Assembly (NCBI GenBank): GCA_031283015.1
Contig: JAITCQ010000010.1
Span: 1-38,509, forward strand
Direction of reading: 5' to 3'
DNA from: Candidatus Methanoplasma sp.
Lineage (GTDB): Archaea; Thermoplasmatota; Thermoplasmata; Methanomassiliicoccales; Methanomethylophilaceae
Length of the DNA stretch: 38,509 nt
Shown: piece by piece, positions 9,959-18,229 of the stretch
Layout: the number at the start of each line of letters is the position of its first letter
Position numbering within the stretch: the stretch's first letter is position 1
The notes under the pieces: model-generated
The model's database searches: none
The model's input: the letters and a program-made list of their open reading frames with translations, nothing else
What the model was told of the DNA's origin: nothing
Translations under genes and position numbers: made by a program

Positions 9959-10018
9959 ATAGGGTCGCGGAATCAGATAGCTTTTTTAGAAGCTAAGGCT
10001 CTCTATGACCCCGTTAAC

Positions 10019-11512
10019 ATGAAGACCGGGTTCGACAACGAGAAGTACGTGCGAGTGCAGTCCGAGAACATCATAGAAAGGATCAACAGGTTCGGCGGGA
10101 AGCTGTACCTTGAGTTCGGCGGGAAGCTGTTCGACGATTACCATGCGTCCAGAGTGCTTCCCGGTTTCAGGCCGGACAGCAAGATCGAGATGCTGATGCA
10201 GATCAAGGACAGCGTCGAGGCCATAATAGCGGTGAACGCGAACGACATCGTGAAGAACAAGATAAGGGGGGATCTGGGGATAACTTATGATATGGAAGTG
10301 CTCAGACTGATCGATTCTTTCAGGGAAAGGGGGATGTTCGTCGAAAGCGTGGTGATGACACACTATTCCTCTCAGCCTGCCGCAGACGCGTTCGGAAAGA
10401 AGCTGAAGAACCTGGGCATCAGGGTGTACAGGCATTATCCCATAGAAGGATATCCGCTGGACGTCGAGAACATCGTGAGCGAGAACGGATACGGGAAGGA
10501 TGAGTTCGTAAAGACCAGCAGGCCGCTGATCGTCGTCACCGCCCCCGGCCCGGGAAGCGGCAAGATGGCCGTGTGTCTCTCGCAGCTTTACAATGAGAAC
10601 AAAAGGGGCGTCCCCGCCGGGTACGCCAAGTTCGAAACGTTCCCCATCTGGAACATGCCTATAAAACATCCGATCAACCTTGCTTACGAAGCGGCGACCG
10701 TCGATCTTGGGGATGTTAACATGATCGACCCGTTCCATCTCGAAGCGTACGGGGAAAGCGCCGTCAATTATAACCGGGACATAGAGATCTTCCCGGTGCT
10801 GAACTCGATGCTGGAGAAGATACTGGGCGAGTCCCCGTATAAGTCGCCGACCGACATGGGCGTCAACATGGCCGGATACTGCATAACCGACGGCGAGGCC
10901 GCGTCGAGAGCGTCCAGGTTAGAGGTGATAAGACGCTATTACGATATCCTGAAGAACAGGAAACAGGGCGCGGCGTCCGACGAGATGGTGTCCAAGATGG
11001 AGTTCCTCATGAAGAACGCAGGCATAACCTCCGCCGAGCGCGGCATAATACCCGCAGTGACGGCGAGGGCTGGGTCCCTCGACCTGCCGGTGTCGGGCAT
11101 AGAGCTGGAGGACGGCACGATAATAACCGGGAAGACCTCCGCGCTGCTGGGGGCCAGCTCCGCGGCAATTCTGAACGCGGTCAAGACCGTCGCCGGCATT
11201 GACGACGGCGTCCTGCTCATCTCCCCGGACATACTAAAGCCGATACAGGAGCTCAAAACAAAGAATCTCGGTTTCACCAACACAACGCTCCATGTCGACG
11301 AGATGCTGATCGCGTTGTCGATATCCGCTCAGACCGATCCGGTGGCTAAGGCCGCGCTCGAACAGATCCCGAAGCTGAGAGGGTGCGAGATGCATTCCTC
11401 GGTGATACTTTCGTCGGTGGACGACTCGATCCTCAGGAGGCTCGGGCTGAACGTCACCTGCGAGCCGGTATATCAGACGAACTCACTGTATCAAGGTCAG
11501 CGCAAGATGTGA
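10019..11512 (+). CDS. DUF1846 (UPF0371) family protein, P-loop-containing, function unknown
   Basis: MKTGFDNEKY...GGKLYLEFGGKLFDDYHASRVLPGF, TAPGPGSGKMA, YAKFETFPIWN, YKSPTDMGVNM. Start set at ATG 10019 by family N-terminus. Confidence 0.88.
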   Translation: MKTGFDNEKYVRVQSENIIERINRFGGKLYLEFGGKLFDDYHASRVLPGFRPDSKIEMLMQIKDSVEAIIAVNANDIVKNKIRGDLGITYDMEVLRLIDSFRERGMFVESVVMTHYSSQPAADAFGKKLKNLGIRVYRHYPIEGYPLDVENIVSENGYGKDEFVKTSRPLIVVTAPGPGSGKMAVCLSQLYNENKRGVPAGYAKFETFPIWNMPIKHPINLAYEAATVDLGDVNMIDPFHLEAYGESAVNYNRDIEIFPVLNSMLEKILGESPYKSPTDMGVNMAGYCITDGEAASRASRLEVIRRYYDILKNRKQGAASDEMVSKMEFLMKNAGITSAERGIIPAVTARAGSLDLPVSGIELEDGTIITGKTSALLGASSAAILNAVKTVAGIDDGVLLISPDILKPIQELKTKNLGFTNTTLHVDEMLIALSISAQTDPVAKAALEQIPKLRGCEMHSSVILSSVDDSILRRLGLNVTCEPVYQTNSLYQGQRKM

Positions 11513-11571
11513 GACCGGCAAGCCGGCCCCTCTCCGGTCAAAGGGGTTCATCTTCCGGCTATCGGTTTGGG

Positions 11572-11844
11572 TTGTCTGCGTTAGGACAAAGGCAGGGCGT
11601 AGACAGCATTGTATTCTTTGGTTCGGCAGCCAGAGGCGATGACGATGATGACAGTGACTATGACTTCTGTGTCGATGCTAGACGCATAAGAGACTACGAC
11701 GATCTTGCTCACTTTGTGAGGGAGACGGAAGATGCAATGAAAACCGAAGTGGACGTGATCACGCTAGGAGGAGTAAGGTCCGATTCCAGGCTTATGCAGA
11801 ACATAAGGAGAGATGGCATTATTGTATACTCAAGAACCGCGTGA
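11572..11844 (+). CDS. Minimal nucleotidyltransferase (MNT antitoxin); start uncertain, may be truncated
   Basis: FFGSAARGDDDDDSDYD (GS..DxD motif), VDVIT, NIRRDGIIVY. The nearest in-frame start is TTG 11572. Confidence 0.7.
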   Translation: MSALGQRQGVDSIVFFGSAARGDDDDDSDYDFCVDARRIRDYDDLAHFVRETEDAMKTEVDVITLGGVRSDSRLMQNIRRDGIIVYSRTA

Positions 11845-12183
11845 GAAGACCAGAGTTGCATTCAGCTTGTTCTTGAGCACTGCTATGCAATAGAAAATGC
11901 CTTGGCCGAGCTAGATAACGACGAAGAGGAGTTCACGAAGCGCCCAATATATCAAAAAGGTTGTGCCCTTGATTTAGCCTACATCGGCGAGAACTCCAAA
12001 AAAATATCGTTAGAAATAGTGAGCAGCCATCCGGAGATAGATTGAGACTGCCTGAGAAGATACTGAAACTTCGTTGCACACGGATATGAGAATGTGGACC
12101 TATATCTTTTATGGCGTCAGTTGTCTTACAGAGTGCCGAAAATTCGTGAATTGTTCGAAAACCTTGTCGATATGAGTCCCTGA
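11845..12183 (+). pseudogene. HEPN (DUF86/HepT-like) RNase toxin pseudogene
   Basis: Reads ...IGENSKKISLEIVSSHPEID*DCLRRY*NFVAHGYENVDLYLLW. In-frame TGA at 12043-45 replaces the conserved Trp; TGA at 12064-66 replaces the Arg of RX4H. Confidence 0.8.
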
Positions 12184-12367
12184 CCGCCAATGGTCGGCAG
12201 CGTCTCCTATCCAGGTCCAGACAGCGTTATCCAGACTGAACGGGCAATCAGCCCTCCCCGATCAGAAGAGCAGCCTTACTGCGGGAGCGAACTGGTCCTG
12301 AAGATATTGAAACACGTTGTCGGAGATACATCAGCTATGATCTCCTGTCAGCAAGATTGGCAATAGG

Positions 12368-12374
12368 TTTATAT
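12368..12374 (+). promoter_or_regulatory. TATA box of tRNA-Gly
   Basis: TTTATAT about 30 nt upstream of G1. Confidence 0.55.
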
Positions 12375-12401
12375 CTGAAAAATAGGTTGCAAGGGAACAC
12401 C

Positions 12402-12474
12402 GTGGACGTAGTGTAGCTGGTTATCACTTGACCTTGCCAAGGTTAGAACTCGGGTTCGAATCCCGGCGTCCGCA
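12402..12474 (+). tRNA. tRNA-Gly(GCC), 73 nt, no encoded CCA
   Basis: Cloverleaf: acceptor GTGGACG/CGTCCGC plus A73; D-arm GTG/CAC; anticodon arm TGACC-TTGCCAA-GGTTA (GCC at 12436-38); T-arm TCGGG-TTCGAAT-CCCGG. Confidence 0.93.
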
Positions 12475-12479
12475 CTTTT

Positions 12480-12496
12480 CATATTCCATTAAAAGT
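12480..12496 (+). repeat. 17-bp direct repeat, copy 1 (CATATTCCATTAAAAGT)
   Basis: Exact second copy at 23846-23862. Copy 1 begins 5 nt after the tRNA discriminator base. Confidence 0.85.
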
Positions 12497-12573
12497 TGGA
12501 AGAGCCTGGCGCAAAGTCAAAAAGAGTGTGTTCCCCGTTTGGGGGAGTTAAGATTCTAAGTTGTTTTGTTTTA

Positions 12574-12615
12574 GCCGAATGGCGGCGGATCGGTGACGAC
12601 CCGCCGCCATTCGGC
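12574..12615. terminator. 15-bp perfect hairpin between the convergent tRNA-Gly and cooS
   Basis: GCCGAATGGCGGCGG-N12-CCGCCGCCATTCGGC, flanked by T-rich tracts on the + strand. Confidence 0.6.
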
Positions 12616-12650
12616 CTGAATAGGTTTCTTTTTCGTCTGAATCCGCCGTT

Positions 12651-14537
12651 TTACGGCAGATTAAGCGCTTTGCGTTTCTGGATGATGATCTCCTCGAATA
12701 TGTTGGCAGATTCGACGGCGTCGTCGTTGACGATCACGTATCCTCCGGTCAGGGCCTTCATGTCCTCGAAGAGTACCTTTACGATCAGCTCGCTGCCGGT
12801 GACGAACGGCGGGAGGCCCAGGTGCAGGGGGAGACCGAGCGCGAGTCCGAACGCGCCGTCTGCCAGCGCCTGTTCCTCAAGCCACTGAGCAGCGGACAAC
12901 ACGAGCGGAAGCTGCGGCATGTCCACGCCGAGCGCTTCTGCGACCTCGGTGGCGACTATCTCCAGCCTTCCGATTGCGAGACACGGGCCGAAGTTCAGCA
13001 CCGGAGGTATGCCGAGCTGCTTACATACGGCTTTGAGGCCGGGTCCAGCCAGCTCCGCCGCTTCCGGCCTCATCAGGCCGCAGTTCTCGATACCGCCGGA
13101 TGAACAGCCGGCAGTGAGGACCAATATGTCCTTCTTGATCAGTTCTTTGGTCAGTTCGACCGTCAGCACGTCATGGCCGCCCAGCATGAGGTTGGAGCAG
13201 CCGACGACTCCTGCGAGTCCCTTTATCGTGCCCGCGGCTATCAGATCGATCAGCGGCTTCCACGAGTCGCCCAGGAAGGCCTTCAGCGAGACCTCGCTCA
13301 CTCCCGTAAGGGAATTTCCGTTGCCGTGCTCGGGGAGCAGTTTCATCGGCACGGAGTTACGTCTTGACTTGTAAGAGGATATGATCTCCTCGATTATGTC
13401 GTTGACGACGTCCACGCGCGTTTCGTATGTGAACTCTTTCAGTATGGCGTTCGCTTTCTTTGCGATCGGGTCCACGCAGATCTGTTTTATCTTGAGTTCG
13501 TCGCAGATCGGCTCGATGCCCGGAAGGGTGCAGTTGAACTCCGATATGACCGCGTCTATGGCGCCTGTGGCCAGGATCGCCTCGCTGGTGAAGTTGTTGC
13601 CTGCGTGTCCGTCAAATATCTTGGTGCAATGAGCGCCGCGGAGCTGCATGTCCTGACCTACGCAGGTGCAGCCGACGATCTTGAAGCCCTTCGCCCCGGC
13701 GGCCTGGGCCTTCTTTACGACGTCGGGCTGGATCAGGCGGTCCTGCAGATATGAGAACCTTGAGTGCTGGTGCCCGGTGATCATGATGTTTATGTAATCC
13801 GGATCGATCACGCGGAGTCCCACCGGCGCCATACGGAGCTCGGGTTCGCCGATGACCACGTCGTTCAGCAGGTTGGTCAGCGTGAGACCGAAGAGACCTG
13901 TCGAGATGCCGAGTTTGAGGCAGTGGAGCAGCATGTGTACTGGATCAGAGTTCAAATTCGTCGAGGTCTTCACCGTGCCGGAGAACACTTCGGATTTGGC
14001 CCCTCCGGGCAGTATGCCGAGCTCTTCCCAGCGCTTATAGCGGGGAGCGTACGCCATCTTTTCCGTAAGCACCATTTTCTCGAATTCCGGTTTGTAGAGA
14101 TCGTTGAGCACCGCGTCCGCCACCTTGACGGCCTTGTCGTAATCGTCGGTGCCTTTTATGCCGAACTTGACGCAGAGGCGATCCAATGTCTTCTTCCCTT
14201 TAAGCTCGCCTTTGGCGAGAGCGATGCTCTTGAGATTCCTGGCAGCGTTCTCTACGATGTGTATGTAACATCCCGAACCTGCCGCGACCGCGCGCAGGAA
14301 ATTACGCGCCGCGATCACGTCGGCGGTCGCGCCGCAGACTCCTTTCGGGGCGTCCTGGGTTATACGGCAGGGGCCGTTCGCGCAAAGTTTGCAGCAGATA
14401 CCCCGCAGGCCGAATTCGCATTTCATTATCTGGGTGTCCACGCGGTGGAACGCCGTGTTCACCGGCAGATCAATGATGAAGTTCTCAAGTTCCTTGTCTG
14501 CGCTCTTGCATATCTTATTGTTAGACCGTTTCGTCAT
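12651..14537 (-). CDS. cooS: Ni,Fe carbon monoxide dehydrogenase family protein (monofunctional CooS, non-canonical acid-base residues)
   Basis: KCEFGLRGICCKLCANGPC...GVCG (D/B clusters). C-cluster ligand motifs TGHQH, GCTCVG, FNCT, VGCSN, AGCS, FGPCLA. SD AGGAGG upstream. Confidence 0.9.
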   Translation of the reverse strand: MTKRSNNKICKSADKELENFIIDLPVNTAFHRVDTQIMKCEFGLRGICCKLCANGPCRITQDAPKGVCGATADVIAARNFLRAVAAGSGCYIHIVENAARNLKSIALAKGELKGKKTLDRLCVKFGIKGTDDYDKAVKVADAVLNDLYKPEFEKMVLTEKMAYAPRYKRWEELGILPGGAKSEVFSGTVKTSTNLNSDPVHMLLHCLKLGISTGLFGLTLTNLLNDVVIGEPELRMAPVGLRVIDPDYINIMITGHQHSRFSYLQDRLIQPDVVKKAQAAGAKGFKIVGCTCVGQDMQLRGAHCTKIFDGHAGNNFTSEAILATGAIDAVISEFNCTLPGIEPICDELKIKQICVDPIAKKANAILKEFTYETRVDVVNDIIEEIISSYKSRRNSVPMKLLPEHGNGNSLTGVSEVSLKAFLGDSWKPLIDLIAAGTIKGLAGVVGCSNLMLGGHDVLTVELTKELIKKDILVLTAGCSSGGIENCGLMRPEAAELAGPGLKAVCKQLGIPPVLNFGPCLAIGRLEIVATEVAEALGVDMPQLPLVLSAAQWLEEQALADGAFGLALGLPLHLGLPPFVTGSELIVKVLFEDMKALTGGYVIVNDDAVESANIFEEIIIQKRKALNLP

Positions 14538-14591
14538 AATATGTCCTCCTTATTTTATTTATTCCTTATTTAACGTTATTTTTATTGTTCC

Positions 14592-15443
14592 TTAAAGTTT
14601 AACCGGCGTGATGTGCGCGTTTATGCCGAGGTCCTTCGAATCCATCCCCATCGCTATGCCGTAAAGCTGCGACAGGTGGAGCACGGGGATTGCGAATCCG
14701 CTGTCCTTCTGGCCTGCGTCGAACTGAAGATGACAGAACGGACACACGTCCACTATCATCTCGGCGCTGGCGTTCTTCATGATCTCCAGGTTCGTTTTGG
14801 TGAACTTCAGCGCCGTCTCTCCGAACTGCGATCTGAGGCCTCCCCCGGCGCCGCAGCATATGGTCTTGGCCTTTTGTTTACGGAGCGCGCTTTTAGCGCC
14901 CACGGCCTCGATCAGCTCGTCCAGGATCTTCGGGTTCTCCGAATCGTCGAGTTGTTTCAATTTACTTGGTTTCAGGAAGTGGCATCCGTAGAACGCCGCC
15001 ACGTTGTATTCGGCGGGTTTCTTTACCGCTTTTTTGATCTTCTCGATGCCGACCTCTTTATACAGTACCTCGGCAAAATGCCTTACTTTGGTTTCGCCGC
15101 TGTATTTCAATCCTATTTCGGCGAGGATCTTGTTCACTTCCTCCAGCATTTCTTTGTTCTCATGCAGCTCGTGGGCGGCGTCGAACAATGAGCCGTAGCA
15201 GCCGTTACACACAGTTACGATGTCCAATCCGGCCTTCTCGGCGAGAGCGAGGTTCCTCGCGGCCGCGGCCAACCATGTCGCTTTGCTGAACGATTTAATC
15301 ACACCGGGGGCGGGGCAGCAGTTTGCGTCCTTCAGATCCACCAGTTCAACTCCGAGTGCCTTGAACACCTCTCTCGTCGACTTCTCGATACCGGGGTACC
15401 TGAGAGGCGCGATACATCCTAGGAAAAATGCATATTTTTTCAT
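14592..15443 (-). CDS. hdrB: CoB--CoM heterodisulfide reductase subunit B
   Basis: KYAFFLGCIAP.RYPGIE, CCPAPG, VCNGCYGSL, FYGCHFLKP, CCGAGGG, CPFCHLQFD. Confidence 0.95.
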   Translation of the reverse strand: MKKYAFFLGCIAPLRYPGIEKSTREVFKALGVELVDLKDANCCPAPGVIKSFSKATWLAAAARNLALAEKAGLDIVTVCNGCYGSLFDAAHELHENKEMLEEVNKILAEIGLKYSGETKVRHFAEVLYKEVGIEKIKKAVKKPAEYNVAAFYGCHFLKPSKLKQLDDSENPKILDELIEAVGAKSALRKQKAKTICCGAGGGLRSQFGETALKFTKTNLEIMKNASAEMIVDVCPFCHLQFDAGQKDSGFAIPVLHLSQLYGIAMGMDSKDLGINAHITPVKL

Positions 15444-15940
15444 TCATTCACCAACTCGGTAAATTTTGTCAGGTTGAGTACTTTGTCGAAGTCTGCCTTC
15501 GCCGCCGCATTGTCCATCACTGTCTCGGGGTTCTCCGAAAGCCCGAGGTTCTTCCTAAGCCCTTTGATCTTGTCGTTGTTTTCGACCGTGTGACCGTTCT
15601 TTATCAAGCTCTGGGCAACCTTTTTATGGTTTTCGTACAGATCTCCGTTGGCGACCGCCATGTTCCTCAGCGCAGTAATGACGTCAACGACCTGAACGTT
15701 GCACGGGCACCACTCAACGCATGTGTAGCATGTGGTGCACTGCCATAGGGCGTCGCCGTTTATCGCTTCGTCTTTCAATCCGAGCAGGGATGCCCTCATG
15801 AGATTTGCCGGTCGCAGCGATGTCATCATCCTGGCAGACGGGCATTTCAGCGTACACGTACCGCACTGGAAGCACAACTCTGCGCTAGATCCGCCGTTGG
15901 CTGCCAGTTCTTCTGTGAATTCAGATACCACTTTCTTCAT
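15440..15940 (-). CDS. hdrC: Heterodisulfide reductase subunit C
   Basis: CFQCGTCTLKCP and WQCTTCYTCVEWCP. ATGA overlap with hdrB. Alternative GTG start at 15949. Confidence 0.92.
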   Translation of the reverse strand: MKKVVSEFTEELAANGGSSAELCFQCGTCTLKCPSARMMTSLRPANLMRASLLGLKDEAINGDALWQCTTCYTCVEWCPCNVQVVDVITALRNMAVANGDLYENHKKVAQSLIKNGHTVENNDKIKGLRKNLGLSENPETVMDNAAAKADFDKVLNLTKFTELVNE

Positions 15941-16156
15941 AGATATCACTGATAGATACTATTACATCGTTCTATATAAATCAGGACTCATTTAAGAGAA
16001 CAGTTGTAAGTACCTGAACATATATAAACCAGAACCAGTTTAAAGAAAATATTTCGTTTATTGTCTTCGATTCAGCTATCCTTTCACCGATCTCCCGATG
16101 GCTGATACGCTGCCTCGGTTTATTTGTCAACTTTAATAAACCCATATGTTTCTCCA

Positions 16157-16633
16157 ATGAATATGGGTTCGGGAGATGCGACGCGTTCGAAGGCCTTCGT
16201 CGAGAGACTGCTCGACATGCATCCGCAGCCGTTCAAGTCCTTCTTCAGCAGATTCATCACCGAACGCGTCGGCGATACCGGCCTTACCGAAAGCCAGATC
16301 GTCTTCCTTCTGGTGCTCGATACGGACGGCGGGATGTCCCTGAAGGATATGACCGAAAAGATGGGGGTGCACAAATCCCTCACCACCAGGGCCGTCAAGC
16401 ATCTTCTCGACAACGGATTCGTTATCAACACGGCGGAGTCGGGGAAGGAACACTCCGTGGTGCTGACCGCAAAGGGAACAAAAGCAAGAAAGGCTGCCAT
16501 CCGGGCGTTCAGCGATCTTTTCGAGCTGATATTGGAGGATCTTACCGACGAGGAACTGACCGTAATGGAACAGGCAATGTCGAAGATAAGACACAAAATG
16601 GAAGAGCTCTCCTCTAAAGAACAGCTTCCGTGA
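16157..16633 (+). CDS. MarR-family transcriptional regulator
   Basis: GLTESQIVFLLVL...SLKDMTEKMGVHKSLTTRAVKHLLDNGFV...VVLTAKG. Start uncertain (16124, 16157 or 16163). Confidence 0.88.
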   Translation: MNMGSGDATRSKAFVERLLDMHPQPFKSFFSRFITERVGDTGLTESQIVFLLVLDTDGGMSLKDMTEKMGVHKSLTTRAVKHLLDNGFVINTAESGKEHSVVLTAKGTKARKAAIRAFSDLFELILEDLTDEELTVMEQAMSKIRHKMEELSSKEQLP

Positions 16634-16791
16634 CGGCCGACGAATAAGCCGCGGAGAGGCCGTATCATCGGCCATCCCCACTTTTTAAGAATGATGAACG
16701 CTTATCCGCACCGGATACTGTCTGACAACAGATTGCGGTATGGACTCTGGGTCCGATTGCTTGAAGTTAGCGGGGGACAGGAGATGCAAAA

Positions 16792-18117
16792 ATGGAAGCG
16801 ATCGGATACATCATTATTCAGATATTCATCCTGCTGCTGGCCGCAAAGCTCCTCGGAAGCATATTCGAGCGGCTGAAGATGCCTTCTCTGATCGGGGAGA
16901 TACTCGCGGGAGTGATCTTCATCAACCTCGTCCTGTTCTTCCCAGACGCCGGCGGCCTATTGCACTTCGATCCCAACGAGTTCATGCACGACGAAAGCCA
17001 CTTCCTGCACGTGATGGGCGAACTCGGAGTGATATTCTTGCTGTTCATGGTGGGTCTAGAGACAAAGTTCAGCGACCTCATGAAGGTCGGCAAGACCGCT
17101 CTGTACGTAGCTTTGCTGGGCATAGCTATGCCTCTGCTGGGGGGTTTCGCGCTCATGCTGGCGTACGACCCGAACAACGTGAATCTTGCTTTGCTCGTGG
17201 GTACGGCGATGTTCGCGATGAGCACCGGGATAGCGATCGAGGTGCTCAGAGGCCTCAACGCGATGAGCAGCAGAGAAGCGAAGATAATCATCGGCGCGGC
17301 GGTCATAGACGACATACTTTGTCTGTCGCTGCTTGCGATGATCAGCGGGATCGTCGCGCCGGGGACCGACATGACGTCGATAGCGGTCAACACGATCATC
17401 GTCGTCGTGTTCCTGGTCTTCGCGTTCGGACTGATCTCCCGCATAAGGAAGATGGCGGACCGCAGGAAGCACAGGATGATAGAGAGATACAAGCACGCCG
17501 ACCTGCACGGGGAGATAGCCATAGGCAGCAGCGTCTCGGAGTTCCACGAGATAAGGTCGCATCCCTCGGAGTTAAGCGTGCTCGGGCTGGCCGTCCTTGT
17601 CTGTCTGGGAATGGCCGCCTTGTCGACCACCGTCGGCCTGGCCGGAATAATAGGCGCGTTCCTGGCGGGAATGCTGTTCGCCGAGTTCAAAGATACTGTT
17701 CCTTGCGAAGAGAACTTCAATACAGTGACGTCGTTCATGCTTCCGTTCTTCTTCATATATGTGGGAATGATGGTCAAGTTCGACGCCTTCGAACTGGGGC
17801 TGCTGCCTCTGCTCGTTGCTCTGATCGCAGTCGCCGTGTTCACGAAGTTCATAAGCGGGTACCTGGGCGCAAGGAAAGGGAAGTTGTCGAAGGACTCCTC
17901 GACGCTCATCGGAGTGAGCATGATACCCAGGGGGGAGGTGGGGATAATCGTCGCCAGTATCGGCCTTACGCTGGGGGTGTTCTCAGACCAGATGTTCACC
18001 TCCATCATACTGATGACGCTTGCAACGACCATGATAGCGCCTCCGCTCATATCCTGGGCGTACAAACGCATGTACAAGCATACGCACGAGGACCATTCAG
18101 CATCCCCGCATAAGTGA
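16792..18117 (+). CDS. CPA2-family cation:proton antiporter (NapA/Kef-like)
   Basis: PSLIGEILAGV, LLFMVGLET, IIGAAVIDD, IGAFLAG, MIPRGEVG. Multiple TM helices. Confidence 0.9.
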   Translation: MEAIGYIIIQIFILLLAAKLLGSIFERLKMPSLIGEILAGVIFINLVLFFPDAGGLLHFDPNEFMHDESHFLHVMGELGVIFLLFMVGLETKFSDLMKVGKTALYVALLGIAMPLLGGFALMLAYDPNNVNLALLVGTAMFAMSTGIAIEVLRGLNAMSSREAKIIIGAAVIDDILCLSLLAMISGIVAPGTDMTSIAVNTIIVVVFLVFAFGLISRIRKMADRRKHRMIERYKHADLHGEIAIGSSVSEFHEIRSHPSELSVLGLAVLVCLGMAALSTTVGLAGIIGAFLAGMLFAEFKDTVPCEENFNTVTSFMLPFFFIYVGMMVKFDAFELGLLPLLVALIAVAVFTKFISGYLGARKGKLSKDSSTLIGVSMIPRGEVGIIVASIGLTLGVFSDQMFTSIILMTLATTMIAPPLISWAYKRMYKHTHEDHSASPHK

Positions 18118-18229
18118 TCCAAAAATAATCAGGCGGGGGACCCTGCCGCAAACTATCTTCTCTCTCTTTATGAAAGGCGCGTACGCGCCGGATCCGCGAC
18201 CTGCCCGCGGCGTGCGCGATCGGAACACG

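Noticed and set aside
9953-10018. 5' extensions in the ORF track (DUF1846 at 9953; also ubiE 29197, hypD 37968, DUF1848 35128, MNT 11383, adhesin 23943)
   Set aside because: Family N-termini, SD/TATA positions and stop-start overlaps support the downstream starts.
11842-12066. Recoding of TGA (Trp or Sec) in the MNT-HEPN frame
   Set aside because: The stops fall at positions needing different residues (Trp and Arg), and TGA is the dominant true stop in this window. Point mutation is simpler.
12280-12350. Minus-strand peptide QEIIADVSPTTCFNIFRTS, faintly TetR-HTH-like
   Set aside because: Too short, with no start or flanking similarity; could be chance.
12527-12553. GTGTGTTCCCCGTTTGGGGGAG resembles a type I-E CRISPR repeat start; a weak echo (GTGCGTTCCCC) occurs near 23920
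   Set aside because: Single copy, no regular repeat-spacer pattern and no cas genes.
16740-18122. Long alternative ORFs (457 aa on +, 434 aa on -) over the antiporter; similar ones at 3143-4651, 6242-7219, 22340-23353 and elsewhere
   Set aside because: Shadow frames of GC3-rich genes with Arg/His-rich or antisense-type composition and no recognisable motifs.
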